NCBI RefSeq assembly: GCF_046105845.1
Contig: NZ_CP151004.1
Direction: 5' to 3' (one strand)
Length of the DNA stretch: 64,000 nucleotides
Origin: Escherichia coli
GTDB taxonomy: Bacteria > Pseudomonadota > Gammaproteobacteria > Enterobacterales > Enterobacteriaceae
Positions 56,589-64,000 of the stretch are shown piece by piece. The position numbers and the translations under genes were made by a program. The notes beneath the pieces are model-generated. The model was given only the letters and a program-made list of their open reading frames with translations, was not told where the DNA came from and did no database searches. The first letter of the stretch is position 1, and each line of letters begins with the position of its first letter.

Positions 56589-57746
56589 ATGCACGTTACA
56601 GCCAAGCCCTCCAGTTTTCAATGTAATCTCAAATGTGATTACTGTTTTTACCTTGAAAAAGAGTCGCAGTTTACTCATGAAAAATGGATGGATGACAGCA
56701 CTCTGAAAGAGTTCATCAAACAATATATCGCAGCGTCTGGCAATCAGGTCTATTTTACGTGGCAAGGCGGTGAACCCACTCTGGCTGGTCTGGATTTTTT
56801 CCGTAAAGTTATTCACTATCAACAACGCTATGCAGGCCAAAAACGTATTTTTAATGCATTACAAACGAATGGCATTTTATTGAATAATGAATGGTGTGCC
56901 TTTCTCAAAGAACATGAGTTTCTGGTTGGTATCTCGATCGATGGACCCCAGGAGCTACATGACCGTTACAGACGCAGTAATTCAGGTAACGGTACTTTTG
57001 CAAAAGTGATAGCAGCCATCGAGCGTCTGAAATCATTTCAAGTAGAGTTTAATACGTTAACCGTCATTAATAACGTTAATGTCCATTACCCTCTTGAGGT
57101 TTATCATTTTTTAAAATCTATCGGCAGTAAACATATGCAATTTATCGAATTGCTCGAAACCGGGACGCCGAATATTGATTTCAGTGGTCATAGTGAGAAC
57201 ACATTCCGTATCATTGATTTTTCTGTGCCTCCTACGGCTTATGGCAAGTTTATGTCGACCATTTTTATGCAATGGGTTAAAAACGATGTGGGTGAAATTT
57301 TCATCCGTCAGTTTGAAAGCTTTGTCAGCCGTTTTTTGGGGAATGGGCATACCAGTTGTATTTTCCAGGAGTCCTGCAAGGATAATCTGGTTGTTGAAAG
57401 TAATGGAGACATTTACGAATGCGACCATTTTGTCTATCCACAGTACAAAATTGGAAACATTAATAAATCTGAACTCAAAACGATGAACAGTGTTCAACTG
57501 ACAGCGCAAAAAAAACGGATTTCAGCGAAATGTCAGCAATGTGCATATAAACTTATCTGCAATGGCGGTTGCCCTAAGCATCGTATTACTAAAGTAAACA
57601 ATGAGACTGTTTCCTATTTTTGCGAAGGTTATAAAATCCTTTTTTCAACCATGGTACCTTATATGAACGCCATGGTGGAGTTAGCCAAGAACAGAGTACC
57701 GCTTTACCACATTATGGATGTTGCAAAACAAATGGAGAATAATTAA
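56589..57746 (+). CDS. ydeM: Anaerobic sulfatase-maturating enzyme (radical SAM)
   Basis: ORF 56574..57746; start [21 protein letters not shown] (56589) contains the CxxxCxxC radical-SAM motif; 385 aa. Confidence 0.9.
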   Translation: MHVTAKPSSFQCNLKCDYCFYLEKESQFTHEKWMDDSTLKEFIKQYIAASGNQVYFTWQGGEPTLAGLDFFRKVIHYQQRYAGQKRIFNALQTNGILLNNEWCAFLKEHEFLVGISIDGPQELHDRYRRSNSGNGTFAKVIAAIERLKSFQVEFNTLTVINNVNVHYPLEVYHFLKSIGSKHMQFIELLETGTPNIDFSGHSENTFRIIDFSVPPTAYGKFMSTIFMQWVKNDVGEIFIRQFESFVSRFLGNGHTSCIFQESCKDNLVVESNGDIYECDHFVYPQYKIGNINKSELKTMNSVQLTAQKKRISAKCQQCAYKLICNGGCPKHRITKVNNETVSYFCEGYKILFSTMVPYMNAMVELAKNRVPLYHIMDVAKQMENN

Positions 57747-58003
57747 TAACGCTCCTTCTTTGCTCCAGTCTTAGCCTCCGTCTTATGACCTTAACAAAGC
57801 ACCCGACATAAATTCCTGTTGGGTGTTTCGTCATCATCATCTTCCCTTGCGAAAATCCTGGCTTACGTGGTATGCGTCAGGGCATTAGCAATATCCTTGA
57901 TTATCAATAGCATAACCATAACCACTGAAAATGAAATATTCCTTTATATTTCATATTGTTAAATGATACTTAAATAAATTTCATCAGTAAATCATTGCCA
58001 TAG

Positions 58004-58048
58004 ATAATCATTGGATGGCACAATCAATTTTCGCTAATGATAACCATT
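58004..58048 (+). promoter_or_regulatory. Two Fur-box-like motifs (GATAATCATT at ~58004-58013 and AATGATAACCATT at ~58036-58048) at the yddA 5' end
   Basis: Compared by eye to the Fur consensus GATAATGATAATCATTATC; the second motif overlaps the annotated yddA ATG. Confidence 0.4.
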
Positions 58049-59722
58049 CCCATTACGTTTCGTATGTTGATAGCAAAGTATCTCTGTCTGCTGAAGCCCT
58101 TTTGGCTGCGTAAGAATAATAAAACTTCAGTGCTGTTAATCATTATTATCCTCGCCATGATCCTTGGCGTGGTTAAAATTCAGGTCTGGTTAAACGACTG
58201 GAATAATGATTTTTTCAATGCGCTAAGCCAGAAAGAAACCGATAAGCTTTGGCAGCTTGTTCTTTGGTTCCCTGCCCTGCTGGGGATCTTTGTATTAATA
58301 TCCGTAAACAAAACATGGTTAATTAAACTACTGACTATTCGCTGGCGCGAATGGTTAACAGATTACTACCTTAATCGCTGGTTTGCAGATAAAAACTACT
58401 ACTTCACGCAAATCTACGGCGAGCATAAAAATACAGATAACCCTGACCAACGTATCGCTGAAGACATTCTCTTACTGATCAGTAAAACGCTCAGCCTTTC
58501 ATTTGGCTTCATCCAGTCGCTTAGCATGCTGATCACCTTTACCGTTATTCTTTGGCAAAGCGCGGGTACGCTCTCATTCACTGTTGGTGGAACAGAATGG
58601 AATATCCAGGGGTATATGGTCTATACCGTCGTGCTCATTGTGATCGGTGGAACTTTATTTACTCATAAGGTGGGTAAACGTATTCGTCCGCTTAATGTGG
58701 AAAAACAACGTAGCGAAGCGACATTTCGAACTAATCTTGTGCAGCATAATAAGCAGGCTGAACTGATTGCGCTAAGCAATGCTGAGTCTCTACAACGCCA
58801 GGAGTTGAGCGACAATTTTCATACCATTAAAGAGAACTGGCATCGTTTAATGAATCGTCAGCGGTGGCTTGATTACTGGCAGAATATTTATTCGCGCTCG
58901 CTTAGCGTTCTTCCCTACTTTCTGTTATTGCCACAGTTTATTAGCGGACAGATCAATCTGGGCGGACTGATGAAATCGCGCCAGGCATTTATGCTGGTAT
59001 CGAACAATTTAAGCTGGTTTATTTATAAATATGATGAACTTGCTGAACTGGCTGCGGTTATCGATCGCTTGTATGAGTTCCATCAACTCACCGAACAGCG
59101 CCCTACGAATAAGCCTAAAAATTGCCAACATGCGGTACAAGTGGCTGACGCGAGTATTCGTACTCCTGATAATAAGATCATATTAGAGAACCTAAACTTT
59201 CATGTTTCGCCAGGCAAATGGCTATTACTGAAAGGTTACTCTGGTGCGGGAAAAACCACACTGCTTAAAACATTATCCCACTGCTGGCCGTGGTTTAAAG
59301 GTGATATTTCTTCTCCTGCTGACAGTTGGTATGTGTCACAAACACCGTTAATCAAAAGCGGCTTACTGAAAGAGATTATTTGTAAAGCACTTCCCCTGCC
59401 CGTAGACGATAAATCGTTGAGCGAAGTACTGCATCAGGTTGGTTTGGGGAAATTGGCTGCGCGTATTCATGACCACGATCGCTGGGGAGATATTCTTTCC
59501 AGCGGCGAAAAACAACGCATCGCGCTGGCACGATTAATTTTACGACGTCCGAAATGGATATTTCTTGACGAAACTACCTCTCATCTTGAGGAACAAGAGG
59601 CTATCCGCTTACTGTGTTTAGTGCGTGAAAAACTACCCACAAGCGGCGTCATTATGGTTACACATCAACCCGGTGTCTGGAACCTGGCCGATGATATTTG
59701 TGACATTAGCGCGGTTTTATAA
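58037..59722 (+). CDS. yddA: Fused ABC transporter permease/ATPase (SbmA/BacA-like)
   Basis: 561 aa; N-terminal TM domain and C-terminal ABC ATPase (GYSGAGKTT Walker A, LSSGEKQR signature). Confidence 0.9.
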   Translation: MITIPITFRMLIAKYLCLLKPFWLRKNNKTSVLLIIIILAMILGVVKIQVWLNDWNNDFFNALSQKETDKLWQLVLWFPALLGIFVLISVNKTWLIKLLTIRWREWLTDYYLNRWFADKNYYFTQIYGEHKNTDNPDQRIAEDILLLISKTLSLSFGFIQSLSMLITFTVILWQSAGTLSFTVGGTEWNIQGYMVYTVVLIVIGGTLFTHKVGKRIRPLNVEKQRSEATFRTNLVQHNKQAELIALSNAESLQRQELSDNFHTIKENWHRLMNRQRWLDYWQNIYSRSLSVLPYFLLLPQFISGQINLGGLMKSRQAFMLVSNNLSWFIYKYDELAELAAVIDRLYEFHQLTEQRPTNKPKNCQHAVQVADASIRTPDNKIILENLNFHVSPGKWLLLKGYSGAGKTTLLKTLSHCWPWFKGDISSPADSWYVSQTPLIKSGLLKEIICKALPLPVDDKSLSEVLHQVGLGKLAARIHDHDRWGDILSSGEKQRIALARLILRRPKWIFLDETTSHLEEQEAIRLLCLVREKLPTSGVIMVTHQPGVWNLADDICDISAVL

Positions 59723-59759
59723 AAACAATAAAAGCCCTGCTGTACGGAGATAAAAATAA

Positions 59760-62132
59760 ATGAAGCGAGTTCTTATTCCTGGCGTCATTTTATGTGGCGC
59801 TGATGTGGCGCAGGCCGTCGATGACAAAAACATGTACATGCATGTTTTTGAAGAGATGACGGTCTATGCTCCTGTCCCTGTACCCGTAAACGGCAACACG
59901 CATTACACCAGTGAAAGCATCGAGCGTTTACCGACCGGGAATGGCAATATCAGCGATCTGCTGAGAACAAACCCTGCGGTACGCATGGATTCAACGCAAA
60001 GTACCTCGTTGAACCAGGGAGATATTCGCCCGGAGAAAATCTCTATTCACGGTGCGTCGCCCTATCAGAATGCCTATTTGATTGACGGTATTAGTGCAAC
60101 TAACAACCTGAATCCAGCGAATGAGTCCGATGCCAGTAGTGCAACCAATATTAGCGGGATGTCACAGGGGTATTATCTTGATGTCAGCTTACTGGACAAT
60201 GTGACGCTTTATGACAGTTTTGTGCCGGTTGAATTCGGTCGCTTCAATGGCGGGGTAATTGATGCAAAGATCAAACGCTTCAACGCTGATGATAGCAGCG
60301 TGAAACTGGGTTATCGCACTACGCGTTCGGACTGGTTAACATCGCATATCGATGAGAATAACAAGAGCGCATTTAATCAAGGTTCTTCAGGAAGTACTTA
60401 TTTCTCTCCAGATTTTAAAAAGAACTTTTATACCTTGTCGTTTAATCAGGAACTGGCTGATAACTTTGGCGTTACTGCCGGTTTATCGCGCCGCCAGTCT
60501 GATATCACCCGCGCGGATTATGTTTCGAATGACGGCATTGTCGCCGGTCGGGCACAGTATAAAAATGTTATCGATACCGCATTGAGCAAATTTACCTGGT
60601 TTGCCAGCGACCGCTTTACCCACGATTTAACCTTAAAATATACCGGCTCCAGTCGTGATTATAATACCAGCACCTTCCCGCAGTCTGATCGCGAAATGGG
60701 TAATAAATCCTACGGTCTGGCATGGGATATGGATACGCATCTCGCATGGGCCAAACTACGTACCACCGTTGGTTGGGATCATATTAGTGATTATACCCGT
60801 CACGATCATGACATCTGGTACACCGAACTTTCATGTACATATGGTGATATTACAGGGCGTTGCACCCGTGGCGGATTAGGACACATTTCCCAGGCTGTAG
60901 ATAATTACACCTTCAAAACACGCCTGGACTGGCAAAAATTCACCGTGGGTAATGTTTCGCATCAACCCTACTTCGGCGCGGAATACATCTATTCCGATGC
61001 ATGGACTGAACGCCATAACCAGTCTGAATCCTATGTGATTAATGCTGCCGGAAAGAAAACTAACCATACCATTTACCATAAAGGTAAAGGCAGCCTGGGA
61101 ATTGACAACTACACGCTGTATATGGCGGATCGCATTAGCTGGCGTAATGTGTCATTAATGCCCGGCGTGCGGTATGACTATGACAACTATCTGTCAAACC
61201 ACAATATCTCCCCGCGCTTTATGACGGAATGGGATATTTTTGCTGATCAAACCTCAATGATTACCGCAGGTTATAACCGTTACTATGGCGGGAATATTCT
61301 TGATATGGGATTACGTGATATCCGCAATAGCTGGACGGAATCGGTATCAGGCAATAAAACCCTGACGCGTTATCAGGATTTGAAAACGCCTTATAACGAT
61401 GAACTGGCAATGGGATTGCAGCAAAAAATCGGTAAGAACGTTATTGCGCGCGCAAACTATGTTTACCGTGAAGCGCATGATCAAATCAGCAAAAGCAGTC
61501 GTACCGACAGCGCGACTAAAACCACCATTACTGAATATAACAACGACGGCAAAACCAAAACGCATTCGTTCAACCTCAGTTTTGAACTGGCCGAACCCCT
61601 GCATATCAGCCAGGTAGATATTAACCCGCAAATTGTCTTTAGCTATATCAAGAGCAAGGGCAACTTGTCGTTAAACAATGGTTATGAGGAAAGCAATACC
61701 GGTGATAACCAGGTGGTTTATAACGGTAATCTGGTCTCTTACGATAGCGTTCCAGTGGCAGATTTTAATAACCCATTAAAGATCTCCTTAAACATGGATT
61801 TCACGCATCAACCGAGCGGGTTGGTGTGGGCGAATACGCTGGCCTGGCAAGAAGCGCGTAAAGCTCGCATTATCCTTGGTAAGACAAATGCGCAATACAT
61901 CAGTGAATATTCAGATTACAAGCAGTATGTTGACGAAAAACTGGATAGCAGCCTGACCTGGGACACCCGCTTGTCCTGGACGCCACAATTTCTGAAACAA
62001 CAAAACCTGACGATCAGTGCCGATATTCTCAATGTACTGGATAGCAAAACCGCGGTTGATACAACGAATACCGGTGTGGCGACCTACGCCAGTGGCCGTA
62101 CTTTCTGGCTTGATGTCAGCATGAAATTTTAA
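59760..62132 (+). CDS. yddB: TonB-dependent outer-membrane receptor-like protein
   Basis: 790 aa with signal peptide and C-terminal ...FWLDVSMKF; matches YddB. Confidence 0.9.
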   Translation: MKRVLIPGVILCGADVAQAVDDKNMYMHVFEEMTVYAPVPVPVNGNTHYTSESIERLPTGNGNISDLLRTNPAVRMDSTQSTSLNQGDIRPEKISIHGASPYQNAYLIDGISATNNLNPANESDASSATNISGMSQGYYLDVSLLDNVTLYDSFVPVEFGRFNGGVIDAKIKRFNADDSSVKLGYRTTRSDWLTSHIDENNKSAFNQGSSGSTYFSPDFKKNFYTLSFNQELADNFGVTAGLSRRQSDITRADYVSNDGIVAGRAQYKNVIDTALSKFTWFASDRFTHDLTLKYTGSSRDYNTSTFPQSDREMGNKSYGLAWDMDTHLAWAKLRTTVGWDHISDYTRHDHDIWYTELSCTYGDITGRCTRGGLGHISQAVDNYTFKTRLDWQKFTVGNVSHQPYFGAEYIYSDAWTERHNQSESYVINAAGKKTNHTIYHKGKGSLGIDNYTLYMADRISWRNVSLMPGVRYDYDNYLSNHNISPRFMTEWDIFADQTSMITAGYNRYYGGNILDMGLRDIRNSWTESVSGNKTLTRYQDLKTPYNDELAMGLQQKIGKNVIARANYVYREAHDQISKSSRTDSATKTTITEYNNDGKTKTHSFNLSFELAEPLHISQVDINPQIVFSYIKSKGNLSLNNGYEESNTGDNQVVYNGNLVSYDSVPVADFNNPLKISLNMDFTHQPSGLVWANTLAWQEARKARIILGKTNAQYISEYSDYKQYVDEKLDSSLTWDTRLSWTPQFLKQQNLTISADILNVLDSKTAVDTTNTGVATYASGRTFWLDVSMKF

Positions 62133-62188
62133 TAGTTCGGATTTTACTTAACCGGGTAAATTTGCCCGGTTTTCGCATGGAGATAATT

Positions 62189-64000
62189 ATGAGAAACCTC
62201 TGTTTCTTACTGACGTTAGTGGCAACTCTGTTGCTCCCCGGGCGACTGATTGCCGCCGCCTTACCGCAGGATGAAAAGTTAATTACCGGGCAACTGGACA
62301 ATGGCTTGCGATATATGATTTATCCGCATGCTCAACCAAAGGATCAGGTAAATTTATGGCTGCAAATTCATACCGGTTCATTGCAGGAAGAGGACAATGA
62401 GCGCGGCGTGGCTCATTTTGTAGAACATATGATGTTTAACGGCACAAAAACATGGCCGGGTAATAAAGTCATCGAAACATTTGAGTCAATGGGCCTGCGT
62501 TTTGGTCGCGATGTTAATGCCTATACCAGCTATGACGAAACGGTGTATCAGGTGAGTTTGCCGACTACGCAGAAACAAAATCTGCAACAAGTGATGGCAA
62601 TCTTTAGTGAATGGAGTAATGCCGCAAGCTTTGAAAAACTCGAAGTAGACGCTGAACGCGGCGTAATTACTGAGGAATGGCGTGCCCATCAGGATGCGAA
62701 ATGGCGCACCTCTCAGGCGCGCCGCCCTTTCCTGCTGGCTAATACCCGTAATTTAGACCGTGAACCTATCGGCCTGATGGATACTGTCGCCACGGTCACA
62801 CCGGCACAATTGCGCCAATTTTATCAACGCTGGTATCAACCAAATAATATGACCTTTATCGTGGTCGGCGATATTGACAGTAAAGAAGCGCTGGCGCTGA
62901 TTAAGGATAATTTAAGTAAGCTTCCGGCTAACAAAGTAGCTGAAAATCGCGTCTGGCCGACAAAAGCCGAAAACCACCTGCGCTTTAATATCATTAATGA
63001 TAAAGAAAACCGGGTGAACGGCATCGCACTCTATTATCGCCTGCCAATGGTGCAAGTGAGCGATGAGCAAAGCTTTATCGAACAAGCTGAATGGAGCATG
63101 TTGGTTCAGCTGTTCAATCAGCGTCTGCAGGAACGCATACAGTCGGGCGAGTTGAAGACTATTTCTGGCGGCACTGCGCGCAGCGTTAAAATTGCACCCG
63201 ATTATCAGTCGCTGTTTTTCCGTGTAAATGCACGAGACGATAATATGCAGGATGCTGCGAATGCATTAATGGCAGAGTTGGCAACTATTGATCAGCATGG
63301 TTTTTCTGCTGAAGAACTCGATGATGTCAAATCTACCCGCCTCACCTGGCTGAAAAATGCGGTTGATCAGCAAGCTGAACGTGATTTACGTATGCTGACC
63401 AGTCGCCTGGCATCCAGCTCATTAAATAATACGCCGTTCTTGTCGCCGGAAGAGACATATCAACTTTCGAAACGTCTGTGGCAGCAAATTACCGTGCAAA
63501 GTCTGGCGGAAAAATGGCAGCAGTTAAGAAAGAACCAGGACGCATTTTGGGAGCAAATGGTAAACAATGAGGTTGCCGCAAAAAAAGCATTGTCTCCTGC
63601 GGCTATCCTGGCGCTGAAAAAAGAGTACGCCAACAAAAAGCTGGCGGCTTACATCTTCCCAGGCAGAAATTTATCGTTAACAGTAGACGCTGACCCACAG
63701 GCGGAAATTAGCAGCAAAGAAACGCTGGCTGAGAATCTGACATCATTAACACTTTCCAATGGTGCCAGGGTTATTCTGGCAAAATCCGCGGGTGAAGAGC
63801 AAAAGCTACAAATTACTGCCGTATCTAATAAAGGCGATTTAAGTTTCCCTGCGCAGCAAAAATCACTTATCGCGCTGGCAAATAAAGCAGTAAGCGGAAG
63901 CGGCGTTGGTGAACTCTCCTCTTCCAGCCTGAAACGCTGGAGTGCGGAAAACTCGGTAACCATGAGCAGTAAAGTCAGTGGCATGAATACGTTGCTCTCC
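62189..64000 (+). CDS. pqqL: Periplasmic zinc metallopeptidase, M16 family; 5' partial, runs off the window end
   Basis: Open frame from the ATG at about 62189 to the window end (604 codons); signal peptide MRNLCFLLTLVATLLLPGRLIAA; inverted zinc motif HFVEHMMF. Absent from the ORF track because no stop lies within the window. Confidence 0.88.
   Translation, partial: MRNLCFLLTLVATLLLPGRLIAAALPQDEKLITGQLDNGLRYMIYPHAQPKDQVNLWLQIHTGSLQEEDNERGVAHFVEHMMFNGTKTWPGNKVIETFESMGLRFGRDVNAYTSYDETVYQVSLPTTQKQNLQQVMAIFSEWSNAASFEKLEVDAERGVITEEWRAHQDAKWRTSQARRPFLLANTRNLDREPIGLMDTVATVTPAQLRQFYQRWYQPNNMTFIVVGDIDSKEALALIKDNLSKLPANKVAENRVWPTKAENHLRFNIINDKENRVNGIALYYRLPMVQVSDEQSFIEQAEWSMLVQLFNQRLQERIQSGELKTISGGTARSVKIAPDYQSLFFRVNARDDNMQDAANALMAELATIDQHGFSAEELDDVKSTRLTWLKNAVDQQAERDLRMLTSRLASSSLNNTPFLSPEETYQLSKRLWQQITVQSLAEKWQQLRKNQDAFWEQMVNNEVAAKKALSPAAILALKKEYANKKLAAYIFPGRNLSLTVDADPQAEISSKETLAENLTSLTLSNGARVILAKSAGEEQKLQITAVSNKGDLSFPAQQKSLIALANKAVSGSGVGELSSSSLKRWSAENSVTMSSKVSGMNTLLS

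Overview
This window reads as an Escherichia coli chromosomal segment collinear with the K-12 pqqL–ydfG region (b1494–b1539), in inverted orientation, with gene content that differs from K-12 at four places. All gene identities and K-12 comparisons are from reading the supplied ORF translations and from memory; no database search was run. Conserved backbone, in window order: ydfG, dcp, ydeI, dgcZ, mgrR/mgtS, ydeE, eamA, marBAR-marC, sotB, yneK, yneJ, sad, glsB, yneG, dgcF, uxaB, yneE, tam, the complete lsr quorum-sensing locus (lsrGFBDCA / lsrRK), hipBA, ydeP, safA-ydeO, ydeNM, yddA-yddB and the 5' part of pqqL. Differences from K-12: (1) a ~5.8 kb accessory island between eamA and marB encoding a GntR/HutC regulator, a lactose/cellobiose-family PTS (EIIB, EIIC, EIIA), a LamB/BglH-type porin and a GH1 6-phospho-beta-glucosidase, in which the EIIC and the porin are both disrupted; (2) ydeJ reduced to a short 3' remnant; (3) an intact 1,806-aa AIDA-type autotransporter where K-12 has the yneO pseudogene; (4) a complete F9-type chaperone-usher fimbrial operon where K-12 keeps only ydeQRS and a usher fragment. 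No rRNA, tRNA, CRISPR array, IS element or integrase was seen. Coordinates of CDSs follow the supplied ORF track, adjusted to the start codon I consider most likely; coordinates of small motifs and hairpins were counted by eye and may be off by 1–2 nt.
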